Below, piece by piece: positions 48,916 to 58,355 of a stretch of 58,355 nt of DNA; position 1 is the first letter of the stretch; every line of letters begins with the position of its first letter. Location: assembly GCA_044240195.1 (NCBI GenBank), contig JBIHZX010000004.1, positions 1-58,355 on the forward strand, in the 5' to 3' direction. Source of the DNA: Candidatus Nanopelagicales bacterium. GTDB lineage: Bacteria > Actinomycetota > Actinomycetes > S36-B12. A model generated the notes under the pieces. It worked only from the letters and a program-made list of their open reading frames with translations, was not told where the DNA came from and did no database searches. Position numbers and translations under genes: made by a program.

Positions 48916-49776
48916 TTACTCGCACACGGAACCGTCTTTGTCACGATCGATATACCAAAAGTACTCGGCGTCCCGACCTTTTATGTAGGGTCCGTAGCCC
49001 GCTCCGATGGCTTCCCCGCAAGTGTCAAAACGTGGATCGCTAGCAGAATTTGATGGTCTCGAACTGCTATTTGAATTAGATGGCACAGTATTCGTACCAG
49101 TCGTGGTTTGGGCTATCGGCGGTATCGTCATAGTTCCCTTGCAATTCGACAGTAATTGACGCAACTTTGTTTTCTCTCGGCTGTCCACCGACAACCGCCA
49201 GCGAAACTTGACGCCAATCCAGCTCTTTGCATACAGACAAAGATTTTCATTTGGTAGCCAATCACTTGGATCACGATCACTTTTTGAACGATTAGAACTG
49301 GCACTCACGGCAATCAGGGACAGGGGGTAACCCTGATCGTTTGCAAAGCGCTCTCTCGTTGCACTATCCCATCGCCAGGCACCCGAATCCCAGGCTTCTT
49401 TTAATGGAACAAAATGATCGATGTCAAATGAGCTCGAATTGGTCGTGGTTACACCGTCATATTGGGAAACCCACCTACCATTAACAACCTTGCAGTCAAA
49501 AACGGTCCCAGCGATTCTTTCATCGATGAGAACCTCCTCGCGAGTATCACAGCCATCAGAGTCAAGGTCAGACCAATGCCGAAATAGCTCGCGGTTGTAG
49601 CCGGAAGTTACTTCATCGGAAACCGGAAGGGAGTTTAAAAGGCGGACCGGATCAACCTTAGAGGCAGAAGTTGCGGTAGGCGCGTAACCAAGTGAGTATC
49701 CAAGTGAAATCGCAGCAATCAGTGCCAATACTAAAAGTCGCGAAAGAAAGGCCTTGCGGACTGGGAACACAATCAT
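48916..49776 (-). CDS. Secreted HNH-type nuclease (DUF1524) with C-terminal Excalibur Ca-binding domain
   Basis: Signal peptide; CDTREEVL, IDHFVPLKEAW.SGA, NRSKSD.DP..W.P; FDTC.EA...G......Y..DRDKDG.VCE. Confidence 0.88.
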   Translation of the reverse strand: MIVFPVRKAFLSRLLVLALIAAISLGYSLGYAPTATSASKVDPVRLLNSLPVSDEVTSGYNRELFRHWSDLDSDGCDTREEVLIDERIAGTVFDCKVVNGRWVSQYDGVTTTNSSSFDIDHFVPLKEAWDSGAWRWDSATRERFANDQGYPLSLIAVSASSNRSKSDRDPSDWLPNENLCLYAKSWIGVKFRWRLSVDSREKTKLRQLLSNCKGTMTIPPIAQTTTGTNTVPSNSNSSSRPSNSASDPRFDTCGEAIGAGYGPYIKGRDAEYFWYIDRDKDGSVCE

Positions 49777-49778
49777 GT

Positions 49779-49811
49779 AACCCCCTTGCTATGAACTATA
49801 ACAAGGGGGTT
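49779..49811 (-). promoter_or_regulatory. Hairpin overlapping the nuclease gene RBS, or terminator of the upstream gene
   Basis: AACCCCCTTG / CAAGGGGGTT inverted repeat ending 2 nt before ATG 49776. Confidence 0.5.
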
Positions 49812-49820
49812 GACCAGGAA

Positions 49821-50108
49821 CTAACCTTCGAGAGGAATTCGAATTTCTTCGTCACGAGCGATTAAATTTCCATCAGCATCGTAAATACTGATGATTTCGT
49901 CTTCGATCACCAAGTCACCGTCAGCATCGAGTACATCGATAATTTCGTCGACTATTGAACCCTGTGGGCCGGTAGCAACGATAATTTCATCTGCAATGGC
50001 GCCAACAACTTCACCATTTTCGTCGAGCACAATATTGATTGTCAGGTCGTCGCCGACTTCAATTTCATTTGGATCCACAATTTCATTTGCCACGATTCTC
50101 GCTTCCAT
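49821..50108 (-). CDS. Small highly acidic repeat protein
   Basis: 95 aa, about 27 D/E and no Lys; repeated DE-I-I...D-x-[DN]-G units. Confidence 0.65.
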   Translation of the reverse strand: MEARIVANEIVDPNEIEVGDDLTINIVLDENGEVVGAIADEIIVATGPQGSIVDEIIDVLDADGDLVIEDEIISIYDADGNLIARDEEIRIPLEG

Positions 50109-50128
50109 TCCACTCTAATACTTGAGAG

Positions 50129-51853
50129 TCAAACTTTAGTGAGACGCACATCGCGTACGTGATTGCGGGCTGTCATTGCCCCAGAATCATCAACGGCTAA
50201 ATGTGCTTTCCGTTCAGCAGCAACCCGATCCTGGTAATGCGTGAGTTCTGCCTCGGTTCGCTCCTGACTCCAGCCAAGTTCAGCACCCATGATTTGAGCG
50301 ACCTCTTCTGCCGCTTCCAAGCCTTGATCGGGTGTTTCAATTGAGAGGTGGGTTCGCCGGGTCAAAATGTCGTCGATGTGCAGTGCGCCCTCATGGGTTA
50401 CCGCGTATAGAGCTTCAACCCGCAGGTAGCCTGCTCCACCTGCTATTGGCTGGGCAAGTTCGGGACGGTACTTCAGGATCGAAGTAAGGTCGCCCACCAT
50501 CGATCCATAACGGCCGAGCAGGTGATCGATTCCTTTGGCGGTGAGCCCAAAGTTTTTTCCGGTTGTCCTCAAATCGGTTTGGACCTGATTAAAGTTTGCC
50601 GCGCCCATCAACAAGATATCTTCTGTTTCACTCTTGGGAATTTCCTGCACAAGGCCACGACTTTGGAGATCAATAATTGCCGCGTTGACCGCGTCTTCGG
50701 CCATAATCCGATAGGTGGTGTATTTGCCACCGGCAATTGTGGTGAAACCAGGAACGCTCGTTTCAACGGCGTGCTCCCGACTCAGGTCACTGGTTGCACC
50801 CTCTTTGCCCTTGATCAGTGGACGCAGTCCGGCATAGACGCCATCAATGTCGTCCACGGTCAGTTCCACATTGAGAACCCGATTAACGTTTCGCAAAAGG
50901 TACTCAATGTCAGTTGCGCTGGCAGCGGGGTGATCAAGTCCTAGATCCCAAGGGGTGTCCGTTGTTCCAATGAGCCAGTGCGCACCCCACGTGCGGATAA
51001 ACAAGACGCTGTCCTCGGCTCTTACAAATACGGAAACCTCAGAGTTGATTCGGTCACGTGGAACCAGAATGTGAACACCTTTTGAGGCCTGCACCGAGAA
51101 GTCAGATTCACCGCCAGCCATTTTTTGAAGGGTGTCTGTCCACACTCCCGTTGCGTTAATAACCGTCTTGGCTGCGATGTGGAATTGATTTCCACTTTCT
51201 AGATCCTTCACGTCGGCGCCGGTGACCGCTCCCGATTGGTCATGCGAGATGCCAATAACTTTTAGTGCTGCCGCTGCTACGGCGCCGTATGCGGCTGCCG
51301 TGCGGACTAGTTCCAGCGTGTGACGTGAGTCGTCCACCTGGGCATCAAAAAACGAAATGCCTCCGACCAAACTTTTTTGTGACAGGCCAGGTGCGCGTTC
51401 CAGTACCTGCTTACGACTCAAGTTTTTGTGGCGGGGAACGGCACCTGCCCCGCCGATGGTGTCATAGAGAAAAAGACCAGCACCCATGTATGCGCGCTCC
51501 CAAATTCGATGCTCAATCGGGTAAATGAATTCAATTGGGCGAACTAGGTGGGGACACAATTTTTCTAGCATGAGGCCTCGTTCCTTTAATGCCTCACGGA
51601 CCAAACCAAAGTTGAACTGCTCCAAGTAGCGCAGTCCACCGTGGAAAAGTTTGCCGGAACGACTCGATGTTCCGGCCGCCCAGTCTCGCATCTCAATGAG
51701 CGCAACACTTAATCCTCGAGACGCTGCGTCAAGGGCTGTCCCGGCTCCGGTGACGCCACCGCCAATCACCAATACATCAAATTCCTGCTCAGCCAACGTG
51801 GCCAAAGCGCGTTCGCGCTGGCTGGGGCTAAGGACTGAATCCGCTAATTTCAC
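50129..51853 (-). CDS. glpD: FAD-dependent glycerol-3-phosphate dehydrogenase/oxidase
   Basis: GGGVTGAG.ALDAASRGL, GTSSRS.KL.HGGLRYL, GTTD, YAGLRPL, GGKYTTYR. Confidence 0.93.
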   Translation of the reverse strand: MKLADSVLSPSQRERALATLAEQEFDVLVIGGGVTGAGTALDAASRGLSVALIEMRDWAAGTSSRSGKLFHGGLRYLEQFNFGLVREALKERGLMLEKLCPHLVRPIEFIYPIEHRIWERAYMGAGLFLYDTIGGAGAVPRHKNLSRKQVLERAPGLSQKSLVGGISFFDAQVDDSRHTLELVRTAAAYGAVAAAALKVIGISHDQSGAVTGADVKDLESGNQFHIAAKTVINATGVWTDTLQKMAGGESDFSVQASKGVHILVPRDRINSEVSVFVRAEDSVLFIRTWGAHWLIGTTDTPWDLGLDHPAASATDIEYLLRNVNRVLNVELTVDDIDGVYAGLRPLIKGKEGATSDLSREHAVETSVPGFTTIAGGKYTTYRIMAEDAVNAAIIDLQSRGLVQEIPKSETEDILLMGAANFNQVQTDLRTTGKNFGLTAKGIDHLLGRYGSMVGDLTSILKYRPELAQPIAGGAGYLRVEALYAVTHEGALHIDDILTRRTHLSIETPDQGLEAAEEVAQIMGAELGWSQERTEAELTHYQDRVAAERKAHLAVDDSGAMTARNHVRDVRLTKV

Positions 51854-52005
51854 CTCGCCATCTTCGCAGGTCACCGATACTGCCCCCGTTACGGTTCGGA
51901 CCTAACTTTTCAATGGTGAAGATTGTCCTTAACCCAGAAGTCACTGCCCATGTCAAAGGGCGAGCAGGGCGAGCAACGATCGTTGATCCGACTTAGAGTG
52001 GCCTA

Positions 52006-54534
52006 GTGAGATTTCCTAGGCGCCTGTTCTCAATCGGGTCAGCGCTGGCTCTCAGTGGATCCTTTCTTGGTGGATTGGTTATTAGCCCAGCCGCCCACGC
52101 CGCAAGTGAACCCGAAGCCCTACGAATTCCCGGTGGCCCCGCCTCGGCCACAGACCAGACCCCGGTTGATCTAGACGCGGATCTGTACCTGCCCGAGCAA
52201 GTACCCGCGCCGGCCGTTGTTCTGGCCCACGGTTTCGGTGGAGACAAGTCCGGGAGCGCGGATCAAGCCACACAATTAGCCGAGGCTGGGTTTGTTGTCC
52301 TGACCTACTCTGCCCGCGGATTCGGTGATTCGACCGGGCTGATCTCAATGAATTCGCCCGACTTTGAAGTCGCGGACGCCTCACGGCTGATCGACTACTT
52401 GGCCCAACGAACCGAAGTCACCCAAGACGGTGAGGGTGATCCCCGCGTTGGGTTTGCCGGTGGGTCTTACGGTGGCGCACTCGCTTTGCTCATTGCCGGC
52501 TACGACGACCGGGTAGACGCACTCGCATCGGATATCACCTGGAACGATCTGGAATCCTCGCTCTTTGGTCAAAGTGTTGAAGGATCAACGCAACTCGGCG
52601 TTTACAAAAACTTGTGGACCGGTTTCTTTTTCAGTGTGGGCTTGCGCACCACCGACGGGAAAGTGACACGCTGCGGAAGATTTAGCCCAGAGTGGTGCGC
52701 CGCGTACACCGAGTCGGCAACCACCGCTCAGGTGACGCAAGCAACTAGCACACTGATGCGGCAATCCTCACCCATCAGTGTCACCGACCGGATCACAGCA
52801 CCTTCACTCATTAGCGGTGGGCAGGCTGACTCGCTATTTCCCCTAGCTCAAACAAATGCAAACGCCGAACAGATTATGGAAGCATCTCCACAAACACCCG
52901 TTTCAGTGCTGTGGCACGGGATGGGCCACGACGGTGGCACCAATGAACGCGAACGACTGGAAACATCAATAATTAATTGGTTTGAAAAGCACTTGCAGGA
53001 AGCTCCCGAGAGTCCAGCGGTAACCGAACCCTTTGAAGTGACACTAACTTCGGGTGAGATCTCGATCCAAAACAATCAACCGCAACCCACCGTTGTCGCC
53101 GGGGCCAATTACCCCGGACTTTTTGGCAGTAAACAACAGTCGATCCCGGTACTGGGTCCACCACAACAAATCCTGTCACCCGCGGGTGCAAGCCCAGCGG
53201 CCATTAGTTCAATCCCAGGGTTTGGTGGCTCACTTGCCGGAAACCTTGGCTCCTTTGTCTCTAGTTCTTTCCCCGGTCAAAGTGCATTCTTCCAATCGCA
53301 ACCACTTGACGCTGCCACCGAAATAATTGGTTCAAGTCAAGTCGAAATCGCGTTCGCATCCGAAGAAGAGGTCAGCGACGCCGTATTCTTTTTGAGCCTG
53401 CAGGTCGTTGGGGCAAATGGTCGAGCAAGTTTGCCCCAAGGACTTGTCGCACCGGTGAGATTCGATTCATTGGGGGCCACTCCCCAGGTTGTAACCGTGG
53501 ATCTCCCCGCTATTGCTTTAACGGCAAACGCGGGTGATTCGCTCCGCCTCGTTGTGAGCACCACCGACCTGGCCTACCGGATGCCCCTTGACGAACGCCT
53601 CTACACGGTTGCAATGCCTCAGGGCGCAATCAACGTTCCCTTGGTTGCAGGTTTAACCCCCGTCGGTGGCGAGGATGCAACGTTCACCTGGCTCCTATTA
53701 ATTATCCCGACACTGGTGATTGCGGGTGCGATTCTCTTTGTGCTGCGTCCACGTGAACCAAAGCCAGTCCACGAGATTGCATACGCGGACGCAATAAGTG
53801 ATCCACCCGTAGTGATTGAAAATCTGTTCAAGACTTATAAAGGCGGATATCAAGCGGTCAAGGGGGTTAGCTTCGAAGTTCCACGCGGTGTTGTCTTAGG
53901 CCTGCTGGGCCCTAACGGCGCTGGAAAAACCACAACAATGCGAATGATGATGGGCTTGATCGCTCCCACCGAGGGCGAGATCACCCTGTTTGGACACCCA
54001 GTATTTTTTGGGTCCCCGGTTCTTTCGCGCGTGGGTGCACTCGTGGAGGGCGCTGGATTCCTGCCGCACCTCAGTGGGCGTGAAAACCTGGAAATTTACT
54101 GGAAAGCTTCTGGTCGGGTTGGCGAGCCCTACTTCGAAGAAGTTCTGGAAATTGCGGATCTCGGCACGGCAATTGACCGCAAGGTAAAGGCATATAGCCA
54201 GGGGATGCGCCAACGTTTGGGAATCGCCCAAGCCATGTTGGGCAAACCTGACCTGCTCGTACTCGACGAACCCACCAACGGGCTTGACCCACCCCAGATT
54301 AAATCGATGCGAGAGGTCATGAAGAGTTACGCGGACACCGGACGCACAGTCATTGTTTCTAGTCACATGCTCAGCGAGGTTGAGCAAACATGTTCGCATG
54401 TAGTGGTCATGCATCGAGGTCAACTCATTGCAACTGGCAAAGTCGCTGATCTGCTCGCCGGTCGCACCGGTGGCCGACTAGAGGACGTTTTCCTTGACAT
54501 GATCGGCGAGGACTTAACGGTGGGTCAATCATGA
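52006..54534 (+). CDS. Fusion of exported CocE/NonD-type hydrolase, one TM helix and an ABC ATPase
   Basis: Signal peptide; HGFGG, GGSYGG; TM WLLLIIPTLVIAGAILFVL; GPNGAGKTT, YSQGMRQR, LVLDEP, SSH. Confidence 0.9.
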   Translation: MRFPRRLFSIGSALALSGSFLGGLVISPAAHAASEPEALRIPGGPASATDQTPVDLDADLYLPEQVPAPAVVLAHGFGGDKSGSADQATQLAEAGFVVLTYSARGFGDSTGLISMNSPDFEVADASRLIDYLAQRTEVTQDGEGDPRVGFAGGSYGGALALLIAGYDDRVDALASDITWNDLESSLFGQSVEGSTQLGVYKNLWTGFFFSVGLRTTDGKVTRCGRFSPEWCAAYTESATTAQVTQATSTLMRQSSPISVTDRITAPSLISGGQADSLFPLAQTNANAEQIMEASPQTPVSVLWHGMGHDGGTNERERLETSIINWFEKHLQEAPESPAVTEPFEVTLTSGEISIQNNQPQPTVVAGANYPGLFGSKQQSIPVLGPPQQILSPAGASPAAISSIPGFGGSLAGNLGSFVSSSFPGQSAFFQSQPLDAATEIIGSSQVEIAFASEEEVSDAVFFLSLQVVGANGRASLPQGLVAPVRFDSLGATPQVVTVDLPAIALTANAGDSLRLVVSTTDLAYRMPLDERLYTVAMPQGAINVPLVAGLTPVGGEDATFTWLLLIIPTLVIAGAILFVLRPREPKPVHEIAYADAISDPPVVIENLFKTYKGGYQAVKGVSFEVPRGVVLGLLGPNGAGKTTTMRMMMGLIAPTEGEITLFGHPVFFGSPVLSRVGALVEGAGFLPHLSGRENLEIYWKASGRVGEPYFEEVLEIADLGTAIDRKVKAYSQGMRQRLGIAQAMLGKPDLLVLDEPTNGLDPPQIKSMREVMKSYADTGRTVIVSSHMLSEVEQTCSHVVVMHRGQLIATGKVADLLAGRTGGRLEDVFLDMIGEDLTVGQS

Positions 54535-55382
54535 AAACTAAGAAGGCACTTCCTTTTCGGGTTGAATTGATTCGCCAACTCAAGCGCAAGCGGACCCTCG
54601 TTGCACTCATTCTCCTGATCGCACTTCCCCTGATCGTGGTAACGGCCGTCAAGTTTGGCCCGTCCTCTGACAACAATGGCGGTAATGGTGGCGGCGGTTT
54701 CGGTGACGGCGACCTTGATCTGGTGGGCTTGGCCACCTCGGGTGGGTGGAACTTCGCTCTGACCATGATGTTTTTTGCATCTGGTTTCCTGCTTCTCATC
54801 CTGGTCGCAATGTTCGCGGGTGACACGGTTGCAAGTGAAGCTTCCTGGTCAACATTGCGCTATCTGTTGATTGCGCCCGTTCCACGTCGACGATTACTGA
54901 CCATCAAATTGGCCGTGGCATTGCTGTTGTCATTTGTTTCGATTCTGATCTTGGTTGGGTTCTCTTATCTGGTAGGCCTGATCGCTTTTGGCAGCGGGAA
55001 TCTCGCCACTCCAACAGCTGGTGTGTTCAGTAATTCTGAGGCGCTGTGGCGGATGTCAATTATTTCGGTGTACATCTTTATCACCCTGCTGTTCGCAGCT
55101 GGCATTGCGTTCCTTTTGAGTGTTCTCACAGACGTTCCACTGGGAGCCGTGGGCGGCGCCGTTGTCATTGTCATCGTAAGCAATATTCTTGACGCAATTG
55201 ATGCACTCGGGGATCTTCGACAGTGGTTGCCCACCGATTACGGGGCCGCATGGATTGGCGCTCTCAACCGTGAAATTGACTGGACCGGGATGTCCCGCGG
55301 CGTTGCCTACTCGGTCGTGAGTTTCATTATTTTCATCACGATCGCCTACCTGCGTTTTGATCGCAAGGACATCACTTCTTAG
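54531..55382 (+). CDS. ABC-2 type permease
   Basis: Six TM helices; GDTVASEASWSTLRYLL..PV.R; C-terminal F.RKDI. Confidence 0.9.
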   Translation: MKTKKALPFRVELIRQLKRKRTLVALILLIALPLIVVTAVKFGPSSDNNGGNGGGGFGDGDLDLVGLATSGGWNFALTMMFFASGFLLLILVAMFAGDTVASEASWSTLRYLLIAPVPRRRLLTIKLAVALLLSFVSILILVGFSYLVGLIAFGSGNLATPTAGVFSNSEALWRMSIISVYIFITLLFAAGIAFLLSVLTDVPLGAVGGAVVIVIVSNILDAIDALGDLRQWLPTDYGAAWIGALNREIDWTGMSRGVAYSVVSFIIFITIAYLRFDRKDITS

Positions 55383-55410
55383 GGTAAGTTACGCGCGAAA
55401 AGGAGAACCA

Positions 55411-55605
55411 ATGATCACAATAAATATCGATATGGACAGTTGCCAGAACTACGGACAGTGTGTGTTCGAAGCTGAGGACATTTTTCAACTCGACGAGGAC
55501 GGCAATATCCAATACACAAGGGAAGTCTCCGATGACCGCCAGGAAGATGTCGAGAATGCGGTTGACGTTTGCCCTATGCAGGCAATCAGCTTCACCGTTT
55601 CTTAA
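55411..55605 (+). CDS. [3Fe-4S]-type ferredoxin
   Basis: CQNYGQC...CPMQAI; AGGAG RBS before ATG 55411. Confidence 0.9.
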   Translation: MITINIDMDSCQNYGQCVFEAEDIFQLDEDGNIQYTREVSDDRQEDVENAVDVCPMQAISFTVS

Positions 55606-55733
55606 TTCCTGGGTCAGCCTCGGCGTGCCCTGATTTCACCAGCTGTTCCATTATGAGCACAGGCGGGAGGTTACTCCCTCTGATAGTGTCCGAAAACTGA
55701 CCCACCAAACATCATGGAGTAAACGGAGTAAAC

Positions 55734-56951
55734 ATGGACTTTCAACCCAGCGAAAAGGCGCAAGAACTCTCTGACGTGATGTGGGCTTTTCTCAACGATC
55801 GGGTGCTACCCGCCGAAGCCGTATATGACGAATACCGCGCATCCGTTGGCCCTGATGACTTCACCCTGCCTCCCATTGTTGAGGAATTGAAAACCCAAGC
55901 CCGTGAACTGGGACTGTGGAACCTGTTCTTGCCAGAATTCAGTGGACTCACCAACGTTGAGTACGCGCAACTCGCCGAGATCTCCGGTTGGAGTGTTGAT
56001 ATCTACCCCGAGGCAATCAACTGCCAGGCCCCCGACACCGGCAACATGGAAACCCTTCATCTCTTCGGTACCGATGAGCAAAAAGAGCAATGGCTTGAGC
56101 CACTTCTTGATGGCACCATGCGCTCTGGTTTCGCCATGACTGAGCCGTATGTCGCTAGCAGCGACGCCACAAATATTGAATGCACTATCACTCGTGAGGG
56201 TGATGAATACGTAATTAACGGAACCAAATGGTGGACCACTGGCGCGATGGATCCTCGTTGCAAGATTCTGATCGTGATGGGAAAGACTGACCCGAGCGGC
56301 CCAGCTCACCGGCAGCAATCAATGGTTCTTGTTCCTATCGATACCCCCGGTGTTCGGATCGTGCGTTCGCTCCCCGTTTTCGGACGACAGGATCAGCACG
56401 GTCACGCTTGGATCGAGTTCGAAAACGTTCGCGTACCTGTAAGTAACATTCTGGCGACCGAAGGTGACGGGTTCATGATCGCCCAAGCCCGACTGGGGCC
56501 TGGCCGCATTCATCACTGCATGCGTTCAATCGGCCAGGCCGAGCGTGCATTGCAAATGATGGTGGAGCGAGCCAACTCTCGGGTGGCATTCGGTGGCCCC
56601 CTCGCCGACCAAGGATCCATCCAAGAATGGATTGCCGAGTCCCGGATCGAGATTGAGCAAGCGCGCCTTTTGACTATGAAAGCCGCCTGGATGATCGATC
56701 AAGGCGGAGCAAAGTCGGCCAAGACCGAAATCGCGGCCATCAAGGTTATTGCCCCTCGAATTGCTTGTAATGTGATTGACCGGGCCATTCAGGTTCATGG
56801 TGGGCTCGGGGTGAGCGATGACATACTGCTCACGAGAATGTACGGCTGGCAGCGCTCCCTCAAGATTTTTGACGGCCCCGATCAGGTACACCTTCGCTCG
56901 ATCTCCCGCTGGGAACTCAAGCGTCCTCGGGCAGTGAAGCTTCCGACCTAA
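55734..56951 (+). CDS. Acyl-CoA dehydrogenase (FadE2-like)
   Basis: [51 protein letters not shown]. Confidence 0.93.
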   Translation: MDFQPSEKAQELSDVMWAFLNDRVLPAEAVYDEYRASVGPDDFTLPPIVEELKTQARELGLWNLFLPEFSGLTNVEYAQLAEISGWSVDIYPEAINCQAPDTGNMETLHLFGTDEQKEQWLEPLLDGTMRSGFAMTEPYVASSDATNIECTITREGDEYVINGTKWWTTGAMDPRCKILIVMGKTDPSGPAHRQQSMVLVPIDTPGVRIVRSLPVFGRQDQHGHAWIEFENVRVPVSNILATEGDGFMIAQARLGPGRIHHCMRSIGQAERALQMMVERANSRVAFGGPLADQGSIQEWIAESRIEIEQARLLTMKAAWMIDQGGAKSAKTEIAAIKVIAPRIACNVIDRAIQVHGGLGVSDDILLTRMYGWQRSLKIFDGPDQVHLRSISRWELKRPRAVKLPT

Positions 56952-56955
56952 ATTT

Positions 56956-57915
56956 TCTATCTCCGGTTATCACATCGCTGAAGCTGGCGCTAATCCGATT
57001 TCCCAACTTGCATTCACTCTTGCAAATGGCTTCACCTACGTCGAGGCATACCTTGCCCGCGGCATGAAGGTGGAAGACTTCGCACCCAACTTCTCATTCT
57101 TTTTCTCCAATGGAATTGATGCGGAGTACACGGTGCTTGGCCGGGTCGCTAGGCGCATCTGGGCGATCGCAATGAAAGAACTCTATGGTGCAGACGAGCG
57201 CAGTCAAAAATTGAAGTATCACGTCCAAACTTCTGGCCGGTCTCTGCACGCGCAAGAGATGGACTTCAATGACATCCGCACAACACTGCAAGCATTGTGC
57301 GCGATCAACGACAACTGCAATTCACTTCACACCAACGCATACGACGAAGCCGTCACCACCCCCAGCCAGCATTCAGTTCGGCGTGCACTTGCAATCCAGA
57401 TGATTATCGACCAAGAGTGGGGTCTCTCCAAGAACGAGAATCCACTGCAGGGTTCCTACATCGTGGACGAACTCACAAACCTCGTGGAAGAAGCTGTACT
57501 CGTTGAATTCGAACGAATATCCGAGCGGGGAGGCGTCCTTGGCGCCATGGAAACCGGCTACCAGCGCGGGCGAATCCAGGACGATTCAATGCTCTACGAA
57601 CACAAGAAGCATGATGGATCCCTACCGATTATTGGAGTAAACACATTCCTTAATCCCCAAGGGAGTGGGGAAGCGCAAACCGTTGAACTCGCGCGCGCCA
57701 GTGAAGAGGAGAAGCGATCACAGGTCAAACGTCTGGCCGCCTTCCACGAAAAGCATCGCGTCGAGGCAGAGCCAGCGCTCGCCCGATTGAAGGAAGCAGC
57801 AGCAACAGGGGGCAATACGTTTTCATCTCTGATGGATGCAGTTCGGGTATGCTCAATGGGCCAAATAACCTCAGCATTTTTTGAGGTCGGCGGTCAGTAC
57901 CGCCGCAATGTTTAA
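56956..57915 (+). pseudogene. icmF: 5'-truncated IcmF (fused isobutyryl-CoA mutase); only the C-terminal ~320 codons are present
   Basis: Homology begins mid-domain ([30 protein letters not shown]) with no start codon. In-frame TGA at 56935-56937. [16 protein letters not shown] and terminal [10 protein letters not shown] are IcmF-type. Confidence 0.8.
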
Positions 57916-57970
57916 CTCGTGAATTGTATGACCAACTTAAATTGATTGAATGACCTCAACGGAGGATCTT

Positions 57971-58355
57971 GTGACAATGAGTCCGACACTCGGTATTGAT
58001 CCGATCGAGGAGGCTCGACGCCAGTGGGTAAATCACAACTGGACGAAAGCCGCAGACGGCATGGCGGCGGTAACTTCAATAGTTCGCGTGCAGCAGATCA
58101 TGTTGCAGCGAATCGACGGGGTCCTGCGGCCACTCGATCTCACATTCGCGCGTTACGAAATCCTCACCCTTCTGTCTTTCACCAAACGCGGCTCCCTCCC
58201 CATGACACGCATGGGCACTCTCCTTCAAGTGCACCCAACAAGTGTCACGAGCGCTGTCGACCGGCTAGAGGCGCAGGGTTTCGTCGAACGTCTGCCCCAC
58301 CCATCGGATCGGCGCGCGGTACTGGCATCCATCACGGATCTGGGGCGCGAGCGTT
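57971..58355 (+). CDS. MarR-family regulator (runs off window edge)
   Basis: Not in ORF track. GGAGGA RBS; DPIEEARRQW...LTFARYEIL.LLSF...LQVHPTSVT.AVDRLE.QG.V.R.PHPSDRR. Confidence 0.9.
   Translation, partial: MTMSPTLGIDPIEEARRQWVNHNWTKAADGMAAVTSIVRVQQIMLQRIDGVLRPLDLTFARYEILTLLSFTKRGSLPMTRMGTLLQVHPTSVTSAVDRLEAQGFVERLPHPSDRRAVLASITDLGRER

Noticed and set aside
1-58355. CRISPR arrays, IS elements, prophage, rRNA, and the many short antisense or overlapping ORFs in the track
   Set aside because: No repeat-spacer arrays, transposase, integrase, phage genes or rRNA were seen. The short ORFs are shadows of well-supported genes.

Overview
Actinobacterial chromosome segment, identified from mycothiol genes mshA/mshD, carD, senX3-regX3 and glnR. 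About 16.2-39.6 kb is conserved actinobacterial backbone: tRNA-Thr, rlmB-cysS-ispF-ispD-carD, senX3/regX3/phoU, mshA-gpmA, dtd-ygfZ-fur, glnR-mshD-ppk1-CYTH-mutT1. About 39.6-58.3 kb is mixed metabolic and accessory genes, ending in a 5'-truncated icmF and a partial marR gene. The notable part is 1-14.4 kb. A tightly coupled 7-gene operon carries the family set of bacterial coenzyme M biosynthesis (phosphosulfolactate synthase, two divergent aspartase/fumarase-family lyases, a PLP D-cysteine-desulfhydrase-like enzyme), plus a Cys-rich unknown and DUF1116/DUF2877 (AllG/AllH-like) genes. It is embedded among a nitrile hydratase beta subunit (missed by the ORF track), a NiCoT transporter, an AmiS/UreI-like channel, Nit1C-type DsrE (MSMEG_0572) and AIR-synthase-like genes, a single-Cys flavin disulfide reductase, OsmC and an XRE-cupin regulator. 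No alkene or epoxide genes are visible, which suggests a possibly undescribed CoM-linked (or related sulfonate-thiol) nitrile/amide pathway. All family calls are from motif recognition by eye; no searches were run.
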